A stretch of 64,000 nucleotides of DNA, from the NCBI GenBank assembly GCA_001785865.1, contig MFUZ01000003.1, positions 15,048 through 79,047 of the forward strand. The letters are read 5' to 3'. The stretch's first letter is position 1; each line of letters starts with the position of its first letter. Of this stretch, positions 44,938 through 55,306 are shown piece by piece. The notes below the pieces were generated by a model. It made no database searches and was not told the origin of the DNA. It saw only the letters and a list, made by a program, of their open reading frames with translations. Made by a program: the position numbers and the translations under genes. The stretch comes from Candidatus Nomurabacteria bacterium RIFCSPLOWO2_01_FULL_41_18. Lineage in GTDB: Bacteria > Patescibacteriota > Minisyncoccia > Phycocordibacterales > UBA9973.

Positions 44938-45710
44938 AACAAAAAGCGTGGATCAAAAACTTTCTTAAAAAATATTTTCCACCAGCACACGCTTTTTCAG
45001 TGCGCTGTTCGTTGGTTCTCCGGGCATTTTTGAGATATGGGTTGGATTGCAACCCGTTGCGTCTTTTTTGGATTGTTGAGCCTTATACTATGGTAGGGCA
45101 TGCGCGACTTTTTAATGCATACGATCTGAGTCAACGTTGCCAAAAAGAGCATATTGAAGGGGCGTTTGTTGAATGCGGAGTTTGGCGAGGAGGATGTGCG
45201 GCTATAATGGCTGCTGTCGCAACTCGTCATGGTGCAAGGCGGAAAACATGGCTCTTTGACTCGTTTGAAGGATTACCGCACCCAACAGAAAAAGACGGCG
45301 AAAAAGCCGCATTATATGCCAAGCAAAATGTGACTGGGGAACTGGCGTCCATTAAGATAAATGTAGGACCCCTTCAGGATGTTGAGAGGCTGTTATTCAA
45401 GATTCTCAAACTTCCACGAGAGTCTGTTTATGCAGTGAAAGGGTGGTTTCAAGAGACACTGCCCCAAAAGAAAGATCAGATTGGACCTATTGCGATACTT
45501 CGCATGGATGGCGACTGGTACGAATCAACAAAGTGTATTTTAGATAATCTTTACGACAGTGTAATACCAGGCGGATATATTATAGTGGATGATTACGGAA
45601 GCTGGGAGGGGTGTAAAAAGGCAGTTGATGACTTTTTCCGCGCCAGGATGCAGCCTGAAATTGACTTTAAAATGATTGATCTTGCGGGTCTTTATTTCCA
45701 AAAACCATGA
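44934..45710 (+). CDS. TylF/MycF-family class I SAM-dependent O-methyltransferase
   Basis: GAFVECGVWRGGCAAIMAAV, WLFDSFEGLP, and LRMDGDWYESTKCILDNLYDSVIPGGYIIVDDYG. Confidence 0.75.
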   Translation: MKQKAWIKNFLKKYFPPAHAFSVRCSLVLRAFLRYGLDCNPLRLFWIVEPYTMVGHARLFNAYDLSQRCQKEHIEGAFVECGVWRGGCAAIMAAVATRHGARRKTWLFDSFEGLPHPTEKDGEKAALYAKQNVTGELASIKINVGPLQDVERLLFKILKLPRESVYAVKGWFQETLPQKKDQIGPIAILRMDGDWYESTKCILDNLYDSVIPGGYIIVDDYGSWEGCKKAVDDFFRARMQPEIDFKMIDLAGLYFQKP

Positions 45711-45717
45711 CGAGACT

Positions 45718-46518
45718 ATGTATTTAAAAATAAAAAAATTCCTTAAAAAGCGTATCAAAACCGGCGGGCTTCTATGGCATTTGTTGGTGTTTCCCCAAAG
45801 GTTTCAACGTCATAGGTTTAGAATTTTCAAAGGGTATTGGGAGGCGCGCGAAACAAAAGAAATGATAGCTCCTTTGAAGACGCGAGAATTTCTAAAAGAA
45901 CATGTTTCTATAGTTATTCAAAGTGCCGGTCGGGGTGAATATTTAAAAAGGACTATTGAAGCTCTACGAAAATATTTTGACTACGACCCAACGAAAACCC
46001 ACTGGCTCATTATTGACGACTATCCGGATTCAAAAGAAACGAGGGATTATATTAAAAGTTTAGATTTTTTTGAAAAAGTGATCTTGAACGAGAAGAACCG
46101 CGGAATCGGCTACTCAATTAACAGGATTTTCGCTGGAGTTCACACTGAATTTATTTTTTATTGCCAAGAGGATTTTGAAATTCTCCAGTCCGTGCCAATA
46201 CAGCGGATGATTGATATTCTTCGGGGGAATTCGCATTTAAGCCAGCTTATGATCAAGGGGACCAAGGAATATGTTGGAGCGTTGCAGACAGACAGGGGTT
46301 ACTTTGAATATTATAGAATGTTCGGATTTTGGCCGTATCTTGCGTCCATGAATTTTTTGCGCGAGCATCTTCCTTTTCCTTTTTATTTTACGGCTCCCGA
46401 GTTTACATTTCGACTGCATAAAAAAGGATGGAGTACTGCTGGCGTTTTAGGAAACAAAAACGATTCCCCCTTGGTAAGGCACATAGGAGAAGAACGAAAA
46501 GTATTTGTGGTAAAATAG
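45718..46518 (+). CDS. glycosyltransferase family 2-like protein
   Basis: VSIVIQSAGRGEYLKRTIEAL ... WLIIDDYPDSKET ... NEKNRGIGYSINRIFAGVHTEFIFYCQEDF follows the GT2 pattern. The ATG at 45718 is used to avoid overlapping the upstream gene. Confidence 0.5.
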   Translation: MYLKIKKFLKKRIKTGGLLWHLLVFPQRFQRHRFRIFKGYWEARETKEMIAPLKTREFLKEHVSIVIQSAGRGEYLKRTIEALRKYFDYDPTKTHWLIIDDYPDSKETRDYIKSLDFFEKVILNEKNRGIGYSINRIFAGVHTEFIFYCQEDFEILQSVPIQRMIDILRGNSHLSQLMIKGTKEYVGALQTDRGYFEYYRMFGFWPYLASMNFLREHLPFPFYFTAPEFTFRLHKKGWSTAGVLGNKNDSPLVRHIGEERKVFVVK

Positions 46519-46545
46519 TATTTATGGTAAAATAGCATTACACAT

Positions 46546-47466
46546 ATGAATTATCACGATCTCCTCACATTAGATGACAAAGCTTACAAAGAGTTTAGTT
46601 ATTACATAGAACAATCCAGGGGAATTCTCACTCATCTCGTTCGCCTAGGCCGGTATAAATGGAGATATATTTTTCATGCACTTTTACGCCTAGGATTTAC
46701 GCCGAGGTTTATTATAAAAAGTCAAAAAACATTTTGGGGCAAGGATTTATATATGCGTATTTTAGACCAGCAGTTTGGGCCATTGCTGTTGTTTGGCACA
46801 TTGATTATAGAGGAACACAGCCTAACAAGATTTTTAATTAAAAGAATAAAATCGGATGATGTATTTTATGATGTTGGGGCAAACTATGGATTTTACACTC
46901 TTCTCGGAAATGAGCTCGCAGGAGAAATTCATTCTTTTGAGCCTCTGCCCTCGGTTTTTTTATGCCTTGAAAAAAGTATAAAGGGAATGAGCGCTAATTG
47001 CTATTTGAATAATATTGCTTTGAGTGATACTGCAGGAAAAATAAATTTTTACGATACCAGTAAAAAACACAGGGGGACGGCGGCAAGCTCTATGATGAAA
47101 AAAGTTGCAGAGGAACGTCTCAAGAATTACAATACAATCTCTGTTTCTTCAACAACGCTGGATGACTATGTTAGTAATCACAAACCCCCTACGATCATTA
47201 AAATAGATGTAGAGGGAGCAGAGGAGTTAGTGGTTCGAGGTGCAATGGAGACATTCTCAAAACATAAACCACTTATTATAATGGAAATATGGGGGAAGGA
47301 AAGATTGTATGGAGATTCCGCGCATTTTAAAGCCGTGCGCATGCTTTTAGGGCTTGGGTATAAAGCACATCACTTAGATGAGGATGGGGAGATTCATTAT
47401 CTTAATGAAGATTCTCTCGGTCGGCACATGGCTAAATTGAAACGTGATAACATAGTTTTCTCTTAA
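46546..47466 (+). CDS. FkbM-family methyltransferase
   Basis: FYDVGANYGFYTLL, and IKIDVEGAEELVVRGA. Confidence 0.65.
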   Translation: MNYHDLLTLDDKAYKEFSYYIEQSRGILTHLVRLGRYKWRYIFHALLRLGFTPRFIIKSQKTFWGKDLYMRILDQQFGPLLLFGTLIIEEHSLTRFLIKRIKSDDVFYDVGANYGFYTLLGNELAGEIHSFEPLPSVFLCLEKSIKGMSANCYLNNIALSDTAGKINFYDTSKKHRGTAASSMMKKVAEERLKNYNTISVSSTTLDDYVSNHKPPTIIKIDVEGAEELVVRGAMETFSKHKPLIIMEIWGKERLYGDSAHFKAVRMLLGLGYKAHHLDEDGEIHYLNEDSLGRHMAKLKRDNIVFS

Positions 47467-47507
47467 ACTATCAGTATAAGTAGGTTTTATTTTAAAAACT
47501 ATAGAAC

Positions 47508-48275
47508 ATGAATCCTAGAAAATTATACACTTTTCTTGCGAGGTGCTACAAATTCGGAATTTTTTGGTGTATCAAAATGAGCACCACAAAATTATTGTCT
47601 CGACGGGATGAGTTCGGTATACGCATCCCCGGCTATAAACAAAAAATGTTTTTGAGAAAACATACTTCAGACGAAGATGCATTTGATCAGATTTTTGTTG
47701 CGCAAGATTACACCAATCCTTTTTTAGATGGTTTTTCTCCTAAAGTTATAATTGATGCCGGAGCCTATGTTGGATATAGCTCGGTTTATTTTGCCAATAA
47801 ATACTCAGATGCAAAAATTATAGCTATAGAACCCGAAGACTCTAATTTCGAGTTACTTCAAAAAAACACTCTAAACTATAATAATATTTATTGTATACAG
47901 GCGGCGTTGTGGGGCGAACCGGAAAAATTGAAAGTTGTTGAGGGTGATGCTGGAAGACATTGGGCGTTCAAAGTAGAAAAGCTTTCGGGTGATGGAAATG
48001 CGAATAGCAGGGCAGTGTCCGTAGTAACTATGCCACAGATTATAGCTACCTATAAATTGGAGACTATAGATATTTTAAAAATTGATATTGAGGGTGCGGA
48101 GAAGGAACTTTTTTCTAAGAACTATGAATCATGGATCTCGAAGTGTAAGATTATTGTCATTGAGTTGCACGATAGGTTTTTGCCTGGCTGCAGTAAGGTA
48201 TTTTATTCCGCTCTTTCTACTCTCCCGTTTAATCAGCATACTAAAAGAGAGAATATTTTTGTGGATTTAAGATAA
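47508..48275 (+). CDS. FkbM-family methyltransferase
   Basis: IIDAGAYVGYSSVYFA, and LKIDIEGAEKELF. Confidence 0.65.
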   Translation: MNPRKLYTFLARCYKFGIFWCIKMSTTKLLSRRDEFGIRIPGYKQKMFLRKHTSDEDAFDQIFVAQDYTNPFLDGFSPKVIIDAGAYVGYSSVYFANKYSDAKIIAIEPEDSNFELLQKNTLNYNNIYCIQAALWGEPEKLKVVEGDAGRHWAFKVEKLSGDGNANSRAVSVVTMPQIIATYKLETIDILKIDIEGAEKELFSKNYESWISKCKIIVIELHDRFLPGCSKVFYSALSTLPFNQHTKRENIFVDLR

Positions 48276-48288
48276 CTTAAGAAAATTT

Positions 48289-48879
48289 TTATACCCCTTC
48301 TTTAGTAAATTTATAAATTACCTGAGATTTATACGGCTCTGTGTGAGTGCATTGAAAGCCTGCATTCTCAAAGATCTTAATGAATTCCACTGAACTGTAA
48401 TAATTAACCCAGCCCATCACTCCTCGGTTACTTTTGTTCGTATCTGTTACTGCGTATGAGGCAATAATGGTATCGACGAAATGCGATAAATGTGATACTA
48501 CCTTTGGTACGTCATTAACATATTCAAAAACACCGCTGAGAACAGCAACGTCGTAAGATTTGAATTTCGGAAGTGGGTCATTATTTAGGTCGCAGACAAT
48601 CGTATCTTCCCCTCTGTGAACAAGGTCAGATGGAGTATAAGAGCAATTTGTGGGTAATAAGGTTTTCAAAACGAGTTTCCCCGCGCCAAATTCAATTACC
48701 GACGTTCCCGGCTCAATGAGTTTGGCCATTTGTTCGGTTCTTGTGTCCCAATCCTGACGTAAATTTTTATTGTTACTCCACTTTCGGTAATCGGATTTTC
48801 CAGTGGCTTTTCTTAAAGACGTATAAATCCCTCTTTTTAGCCAAACAATTTTCCTTAGCAGTGTTTTAATCCCACTCAT
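48289..48879 (-). CDS. class I SAM-dependent methyltransferase
   Basis: Motif I VIEFGAGKLVLK, with downstream acidic and DVAVLSGVFEY motifs. Confidence 0.6.
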   Translation of the reverse strand: MSGIKTLLRKIVWLKRGIYTSLRKATGKSDYRKWSNNKNLRQDWDTRTEQMAKLIEPGTSVIEFGAGKLVLKTLLPTNCSYTPSDLVHRGEDTIVCDLNNDPLPKFKSYDVAVLSGVFEYVNDVPKVVSHLSHFVDTIIASYAVTDTNKSNRGVMGWVNYYSSVEFIKIFENAGFQCTHTEPYKSQVIYKFTKEGV

Positions 48880-48899
48880 TATAATTTTATTGCTTCTGC

Positions 48900-49829
48900 T
48901 CAGTTATTTATAAAATTCTCGCACGTTTTCCGTAACGCTTCCTGTAATGGTGTAATATCGCGCGGATTAGGCAGGGGATTTTCCCAATTTATTTCATGAA
49001 TATTTTTCTTGAAGTCTTCTGTGGAGTAAGCCCTTAGGTAATCAAGAAGCCCGCCGAATCTCGGATCGTTTAAATCTTTATATACAAATATGACAGGCGT
49101 GCCAAACGCCAAGCAAGGAAGTGCGCAGTGGAGCCTTGAAGTTACCACAAGTTTTGCTCCAGCGTACGTTTTGAGCAGTTCACGAGCCTTCTTAAATTTA
49201 TCTCCTTCTTGGATCTTGTTTAGAAAAAACCATGAGAGTGTGTTAAGCCCTAATTTTCTTATAAAAGATTTCAAAGGGTGAGGGATAAGAGCAGATGCTT
49301 TTTTCGTATATTGAGAGTATCCCCAATGGTTGGTGTATATAGAGTGGTCTCGTATTTCTTTTGGCAATACTTTTTCAGCCTCTTTTTCAAGATCAGCGAT
49401 TACTATATTGTTGTGTTTGTCTACGGATGGCTTTTTGAGTGTCAAAGTCAGGCATCCTGAAAAGTATGCTTGCACTCCTTTATCTTCAAGTATTTTTTGC
49501 GTATGCGTGTCTCTACAGCCAATAGGTTCATGTTTCTTGAAGTAGTCTATTGATTTTGGTGAAGTAAAGTTTTCAACGGCGCACTGTGCAATATGGAACG
49601 AGAGGAACAGCGGGTCTATGATGTCCGATGGCGGCCAATTGTGCGGTTCATGGCTAAACCATCCATTCATGATAATTCTTATCTTGTTTTTGCTTTTTAC
49701 TTTGTTGAGGGTACCTGCATCAAGGCGTAGGTCAACGCGGGGAAGAAATTGTAATGTCGCCACGCTTTGTATTTCATTTCCCACATTTCCAGTTTTGTGG
49801 GATAATAATCCATATATGAATTTTTCCAT
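48900..49829 (-). CDS. polysaccharide pyruvyl transferase-family protein (tentative)
   Basis: N-terminal GNVGNEIQ, as in the PS_pyruv_trans GN.GD..I motif. ~300-aa size and locus context fit. Confidence 0.4.
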   Translation of the reverse strand: MEKFIYGLLSHKTGNVGNEIQSVATLQFLPRVDLRLDAGTLNKVKSKNKIRIIMNGWFSHEPHNWPPSDIIDPLFLSFHIAQCAVENFTSPKSIDYFKKHEPIGCRDTHTQKILEDKGVQAYFSGCLTLTLKKPSVDKHNNIVIADLEKEAEKVLPKEIRDHSIYTNHWGYSQYTKKASALIPHPLKSFIRKLGLNTLSWFFLNKIQEGDKFKKARELLKTYAGAKLVVTSRLHCALPCLAFGTPVIFVYKDLNDPRFGGLLDYLRAYSTEDFKKNIHEINWENPLPNPRDITPLQEALRKTCENFINN

Positions 49830-49915
49830 ATATTTTAACTATACACTTTTTTTTTCTAATGAAAAGCGAATAAAATAGTACAAATAGAGTTTTATGTATA
49901 TAATGACTTTATCAA

Positions 49916-50569
49916 ATGAAAGAAATAATTTATAAGGATTTTGGAGAAGCTAATCGCAAGTATGAACTCGATCGCATAGAGTATGAACTTGCTCTTGGTA
50001 TTATGGCTGGTAGGGAATTTGGCAATGATGTCCTTGATGTTGGAGCAGGTAAAGGTGAGTTTACTGATATGCTTTCAAAGCGTGGATACAGAGTAAATTG
50101 TGTCGAAGGGACAAAAAAGCTTTTTGAAGAACTTAAAGAAAAAGGATACAAGAGTGTGCTTGTTGATTTGGAGGAAGAAAAATTACCTTTTCCAGATAAT
50201 TCTTTTGATTTGGTTGTTTCTTTGGAGGTAATAGAACATCTGTGGAATACAGATCATTATTTAAGCGAGTTAAAGCGAGTGGTTAAACCAAATGGATATG
50301 TGATTATCACCACCCCGAATTATAATTACTGGAGTTTTCGTCTGCGCGCATTCTTTGGACAAGCAGAGAAGTTTTTAACGCAGGACTATCATAAAAAATT
50401 ATTTACAGCGCGTTCTCTCCCACAGAGATTAGCTCCATATTTTGAAATTTTGAAATTTAAAGGACGGGGAATGGTACCCAAAACACGAAAGCATTATGCT
50501 ACGCCATTTTTTCTTAATTTTTTTGCTATGCACATCGGAGTCTTATGCAGGCCCAAGAAAGACATATGA
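49916..50569 (+). CDS. class I SAM-dependent methyltransferase
   Basis: VLDVGAGKGEFTDML, DLVVSLEVIEHL, and VKPNGYVIITTPN. Confidence 0.7.
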   Translation: MKEIIYKDFGEANRKYELDRIEYELALGIMAGREFGNDVLDVGAGKGEFTDMLSKRGYRVNCVEGTKKLFEELKEKGYKSVLVDLEEEKLPFPDNSFDLVVSLEVIEHLWNTDHYLSELKRVVKPNGYVIITTPNYNYWSFRLRAFFGQAEKFLTQDYHKKLFTARSLPQRLAPYFEILKFKGRGMVPKTRKHYATPFFLNFFAMHIGVLCRPKKDI

Positions 50570-51606
50570 AATTTTTATTCATAGCTCCACGCTTTCATAA
50601 TAATCAGTATTATTGGGTGAAGAGTCTAACCGATCATAACCATGAGGTGCGGTTTTGGGTATGGAGAAAGGAGCCATTGGAAAATTATAGCGCGCTTACT
50701 CCGAGTCTTATCCCACGTTCTAGTTTTGGTTTGCCGAAAATACTTTCGTGTTACAGAGAAATGAAAGCACTAGACCCTGATATTGTTGTTGTGAGAGATC
50801 CCAGATCTTTTTTATTCGTATTTGTTTCTATGCTTATAGCACGAATGCAGAAACGAAAAGTTTTCATATACAGCCAAACACCACTATACCAAACAATGTC
50901 ATGGGTAAAAAAAATAACCGTAAGATTAATGCTTCGGTTTTTCGGTTCTCTTTGGATTACCCCAATTATTGGAGATATGAGATATCCCAAATTTCACCCA
51001 AGAGCTTTTTATGTGCCTTTTGCTATAGAGCCGCAAGCCCAAGAGAAATCTCCTGTCAGGAGGCCTATTAGAATTATCTCTGTGGGGAAGATTTATCAGG
51101 AAAGAAAAAACCACCTGCTTCTACTCGAAGCTTTTTATGACTCTTTGAAAAAGTCGGATATTCGTCTTACGATTATCGGCGCATTAAGTGGGAATAGTCC
51201 GGAGTATTTTAACAAAATGCGGGTTTATATTAAAAAGTATGACTTAGAGCAGACAGTGGAGATAAAGACTAATTTAGAGCATAACGAAGTGCTTAGAGAA
51301 TATGCAAAGCACGATCTTTTTGTTCTCCCTAGTTCCAACGAACCTCTCGCTTATTCTCCCTTAGAGGCTATGGGCGCGGGACTCCCTGTCATCTGTAGCG
51401 ATACGAATGGTTTTAGGTGGTATGTGAAAGATGGAGAGAATGGATATATTTTTAAGAGTGAAGATGTTTCCGATTTGAAAGACAAAGTGAGTTTGGCGAT
51501 TCCTCGTCTTCAGGAGATGAGTAAAAATAGTTTAAATTCTGTCAAACAGTTCTATACCCCAAAATCTTTTTACGAAAAATTTATGGAAGCAGTTCAGAGT
51601 GTATAA
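50566..51606 (+). CDS. glycosyltransferase family 4 (GT-B)
   Basis: C-terminal EPLAYSPLEAMGAGLPVICSDTNGF (the E-x7-E region). ATG at 50566 gives a 4-nt ATGA overlap with the upstream gene. Confidence 0.7.
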   Translation: MKFLFIAPRFHNNQYYWVKSLTDHNHEVRFWVWRKEPLENYSALTPSLIPRSSFGLPKILSCYREMKALDPDIVVVRDPRSFLFVFVSMLIARMQKRKVFIYSQTPLYQTMSWVKKITVRLMLRFFGSLWITPIIGDMRYPKFHPRAFYVPFAIEPQAQEKSPVRRPIRIISVGKIYQERKNHLLLLEAFYDSLKKSDIRLTIIGALSGNSPEYFNKMRVYIKKYDLEQTVEIKTNLEHNEVLREYAKHDLFVLPSSNEPLAYSPLEAMGAGLPVICSDTNGFRWYVKDGENGYIFKSEDVSDLKDKVSLAIPRLQEMSKNSLNSVKQFYTPKSFYEKFMEAVQSV

Positions 51607-52037
51607 CGAAGGCCCCAAAATGGGCGACTCTCTGCCTTGTCTTTAAATCCGCATTTTTCTATATAAAATCTGCGCGCTCCCTCTCTTCTCGTTGAAAGGT
51701 CAACACACCTTGCTCCTCTTTCTTGGGCATCTTTTAACATTTGTTCTGTAAGTTTTTTTCCGACTCCTTTGCCTCGCGCAGATTCATCAACCACAACATC
51801 CTCGATAGTCCATACTTCTCCCCCCAGTTTTTCATAAGAAGCAAGCTCCGATGTGCCAACTATTTCTCCGCCTATCGTTGCAATATACATACTTACGTTT
51901 GGGCTATTTACCACTCTTTGGAATTTTTCAAATTCTAGAGGCGGTATTTCGGGGTAGAGTTGTGTCAGCAGATTGCGGATTGCATTATATGTTTTTTCAT
52001 CTACTGCTTTTACTTTTTCTATACGTACCCTATTCAT
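51594..52037 (-). CDS. GNAT-family N-acetyltransferase
   Basis: Acetyl-CoA binding motif ARGKGVGKKLTEQMLKDAQERGA. Confidence 0.75.
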   Translation of the reverse strand: MNRVRIEKVKAVDEKTYNAIRNLLTQLYPEIPPLEFEKFQRVVNSPNVSMYIATIGGEIVGTSELASYEKLGGEVWTIEDVVVDESARGKGVGKKLTEQMLKDAQERGARCVDLSTRREGARRFYIEKCGFKDKAESRPFWGLRYTL

Positions 52038-52081
52038 ATCTCAAGTATACATAAATCCAATAATTTGTTAAGATAGATGTT

Positions 52082-53080
52082 ATGGTAAATCAAGAGACAG
52101 TATTCATCACCGGAGGAGCAGGGTTTCTCGGGTCTTACATTGCGAGTAAACTTGTTGCGGAGGGATATAAGGTTGTTGTCTACGATGCATTTATTCGATA
52201 CTCAAACCCTTTTTTCGACTCTAAGTTTTTAGAAAGGCAATTTCAGAGCCGTTTTCAAGGTACTAAAGACAAAGTGATTTTTGTAAGGGGAGATACTTCT
52301 CACAAGTCATTTCTACAAAAATCTATTCTTGACCACAAGCCGTCTGTAATTATTCATTTGGCCGCTCTCCCAATAGCTGATATTGGAGACAAGAATCCGG
52401 ATGAAGCGATTTCGAGCATTATTGATGGCACAATTAATATTTTAAATATTATTAAAGATGTGAATTTTGTGCGACGTTTTGTCTATACTTCATCAAGTAT
52501 GGTTTATGGAGATTTTGAACATAATCCAGCTGATGAGGAGCACCCCAAAAAACCCAAGAGTATATATGGAGGTACAAAGCTTGCCGGTGAAGTTCTTACA
52601 GAGGCGTACGCAAGGAGGTATAGAATACCGTACACCATTATAAGACCATCTGCTATTTATGGCCCTGGTGATGTGAACCGTCGAGTTGTTCAGATTTTTT
52701 TGGAGAATGCTTTTGAAGATCGTCCGATTAAACTTCACAATGGGGGGACATCAAAGCTAGACTTTTCTTTTGTGGAAGATATTGCAGATGGTTTCATTCT
52801 CGCGGCTTTTCATCCTAAAGCCGAAAATCAAATATTCAATATTACAAGAGGTGAGGGTAGACAACTAAAAGAGGCTGTTGATATTATTCAAAATCTTATT
52901 GGGCACCCATTAAAAATTGAAATAACTTCACCGGACTTTCACCGACCGGAGCGAGGGGCACTAAGTATTGAAAAAGCAAAAAAACTTATCGGATATGATC
53001 CAAAATATTCACTTGAGCAAGGAGTAGAAAAATATTATCAGTTTTTTAAGCAATTTTATACGGATGATGCAAGAGAATAA
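52082..53080 (+). CDS. NAD-dependent epimerase/dehydratase (extended SDR)
   Basis: VFITGGAGFLGSYIASKL, and the YGGTK catalytic motif (SIYGGTKLAGE). Confidence 0.8.
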   Translation: MVNQETVFITGGAGFLGSYIASKLVAEGYKVVVYDAFIRYSNPFFDSKFLERQFQSRFQGTKDKVIFVRGDTSHKSFLQKSILDHKPSVIIHLAALPIADIGDKNPDEAISSIIDGTINILNIIKDVNFVRRFVYTSSSMVYGDFEHNPADEEHPKKPKSIYGGTKLAGEVLTEAYARRYRIPYTIIRPSAIYGPGDVNRRVVQIFLENAFEDRPIKLHNGGTSKLDFSFVEDIADGFILAAFHPKAENQIFNITRGEGRQLKEAVDIIQNLIGHPLKIEITSPDFHRPERGALSIEKAKKLIGYDPKYSLEQGVEKYYQFFKQFYTDDARE

Positions 53081-53087
53081 TTCAAAA

Positions 53088-54194
53088 ATGTCCTGCAAAG
53101 TTCCTCTTTGTAAGGCAGATATCGGAGAAGAGGAGTTGAACGCTGTTCGTGAGGTTCTAGCTTCGGGTTGGTTGACCCATGGGCCTAAAAACAAGGAGTT
53201 TGAAGAGGCGTTCGCGTCTTATATCGGCGTCAAACACGCGGTTTCTTTAAATTCTTGCACGGCAGCTCTGTTTTTGGCGCTAAAGGCGCACAACATTACA
53301 GGCGAAGTGATTTTGCCCAGTTTTACGTTTTCTGCTTCAGCCAATGCGGTTGTCACTGCCGGCGCTGTGCCCCGTTTTGCAGATATTGATGAAGAAACTT
53401 ATATGCTAGATCCAAAGAGCGTAGAGGCTCTTATCACGCCTAAGACCGAGGCTATTATGGTTGTGCATTTTGGAGGACAGGCGGGTCCGATCAAAGAGCT
53501 CAAAGAGCTTGCCGATAAACATAAACTTTTATTTATTGAAGATTCTGCAGAGGCTATAGGAGCAGAATACAAAGGCGAAAAAACCGGTTCTTTCGGTGTG
53601 GGGTGTTTTTCTTTTTTTCCCACGAAAAATATGACAACTGGTGAGGGTGGGATGCTAACCACTAATGACAAAAAAATTGCTGAAACAGTTGCGCTTCTTT
53701 CTGCGCATGGCATTCCAAAGTCGGTTAATCCACCGCATGTTGGATATCGTTCAGCGGTTATGCCTGGATATAATTTTCGTTTGAGTAATATTCTTGCTGC
53801 GCTTGGCACGGTTCAGCTAAAAAAATTGGATGCAATGAATGAAAAGAGAAGGGTTGCGGCCGCAAAGTATAATAATTTACTCTCTGCGATACCGGGGGTT
53901 GTTACGCCAGTTGAGAAACTAGGCAGAAAACATGTATACCAAATGTATACAGTGAGAGTTGCAAAAGAAAAAAGAAACAAATTTATACTGAAATTAAAAG
54001 ATGCAGGCATAGAAGTTTCGGTTCATTTCAACCCACCAGTGCATTTGCAAGACTATTACAAAGAAAAATATCCCACTAATTTGCCTGTTACCGAGAAAAT
54101 CGCTGAAGAGATTGTTACTCTACCGATGTACCCCGATATTAGAGAAGAGGACATAGCTTATGTGTGTGATATCATACGGGAAAATATCGCATGA
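53088..54194 (+). CDS. DegT/DnrJ/EryC1/StrS-family PLP-dependent sugar aminotransferase
   Basis: N-terminal VPLCKADIGEEELNAVREVLASGWLTHGP, FSFFPTKNMTTGEGG (PLP-lysine region), and GYNFRLSNILAALG. Confidence 0.8.
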   Translation: MSCKVPLCKADIGEEELNAVREVLASGWLTHGPKNKEFEEAFASYIGVKHAVSLNSCTAALFLALKAHNITGEVILPSFTFSASANAVVTAGAVPRFADIDEETYMLDPKSVEALITPKTEAIMVVHFGGQAGPIKELKELADKHKLLFIEDSAEAIGAEYKGEKTGSFGVGCFSFFPTKNMTTGEGGMLTTNDKKIAETVALLSAHGIPKSVNPPHVGYRSAVMPGYNFRLSNILAALGTVQLKKLDAMNEKRRVAAAKYNNLLSAIPGVVTPVEKLGRKHVYQMYTVRVAKEKRNKFILKLKDAGIEVSVHFNPPVHLQDYYKEKYPTNLPVTEKIAEEIVTLPMYPDIREEDIAYVCDIIRENIA

Positions 54195-55306
54195 AAAAAA
54201 TAAAGTTATTTGTGTTTATTCCTTCTTTGAAAGGGGGAGGCGCCGAAAGAGTTTCATCTAAAATTGCTTCGCGCCTTGACCCAAAATTATTTGATACAAC
54301 TCTTGTTGTAGGCAAGAAAGAAGGAGAATATGTTTCTGCGCTTCCAGCTAATCTTGCGGTGCGCGATCTTGGCAAGGTCCACGTACGTGGCTGTATAGTT
54401 CCTCTCGCATTTCTTTTTCGGCGGGAGAAGCCGGATGCGGTAATTTCCTTTATGCATCACAGTAATATTGCGGTGCTTCTAGCTAAAGCTATAAGTATGA
54501 GCGATGTAAAAATAATAACCGCAGAGCGAAACGTTATGGAATATGTGTACGAGCATGTTCCTAAAATCGTTCTACCTTTTGTGCGTTTTTTGTACCGCCT
54601 ATCAGCGGCATCGCTAGGAGGTTCAAGGGGTTTACAGAAGAATGTTCAAGCATTTCTAAGAATTCCAGAGGATAAATTTCGCGTTATTTATAACCCTATT
54701 GATTTCGATTTTATTCAGAATAAAGCTAAAGAACTGACGCATCATCCGTGGTTGCAAGATAATTATCCACCAGTTGTTTTGGGCGTGGGCAGACTTGTTC
54801 CCCAAAAGGATTTTGCCACGCTTATTCAGGCGTTTGCGCGCGCCGAAAAGCCGGAAGGTACAAAGCTTATTATTTTAGGGCAGGGTCCGCTTCGCGATGA
54901 TTTACTTGGTTTAGTAAAAAAACTGGAAATTGCCAAGTATGTTGATTTGCCGGGATTCCAGAAAAATCCCTATTCATTTTTCGCAAATGCGGATGTGTTT
55001 GTTCTATCTTCGCTTTGGGAGGGATTTGGTAATGTAATTCCAGAAGCCTTTGCTCTCGGAGTGCCGGTGGTAAGCACTGATTGCAATTATGGCCCGAACG
55101 AAATTGTGCATAATGGAATAAACGGCTTGCTGGTCCCGCCGGGGGATATAGAGGCTATGGCTCGGGGCATAGAGCGGATGCTTCGCGATAGAGAATTTGC
55201 TCTGCGGTGTGGCGTAAACGCGAGAAAAGAATCAGAGAGCCTTTCGATAGAAAACATTGTAAAACAATATCAAGATTTTGTTAATTTTGTAATTAAAAGG
55301 AAATGA
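54191..55306 (+). CDS. glycosyltransferase family 4
   Basis: EGFGNVIPEAFALGVPVVSTDCNYGPNEIV. Confidence 0.75.
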   Translation: MKKIKLFVFIPSLKGGGAERVSSKIASRLDPKLFDTTLVVGKKEGEYVSALPANLAVRDLGKVHVRGCIVPLAFLFRREKPDAVISFMHHSNIAVLLAKAISMSDVKIITAERNVMEYVYEHVPKIVLPFVRFLYRLSAASLGGSRGLQKNVQAFLRIPEDKFRVIYNPIDFDFIQNKAKELTHHPWLQDNYPPVVLGVGRLVPQKDFATLIQAFARAEKPEGTKLIILGQGPLRDDLLGLVKKLEIAKYVDLPGFQKNPYSFFANADVFVLSSLWEGFGNVIPEAFALGVPVVSTDCNYGPNEIVHNGINGLLVPPGDIEAMARGIERMLRDREFALRCGVNARKESESLSIENIVKQYQDFVNFVIKRK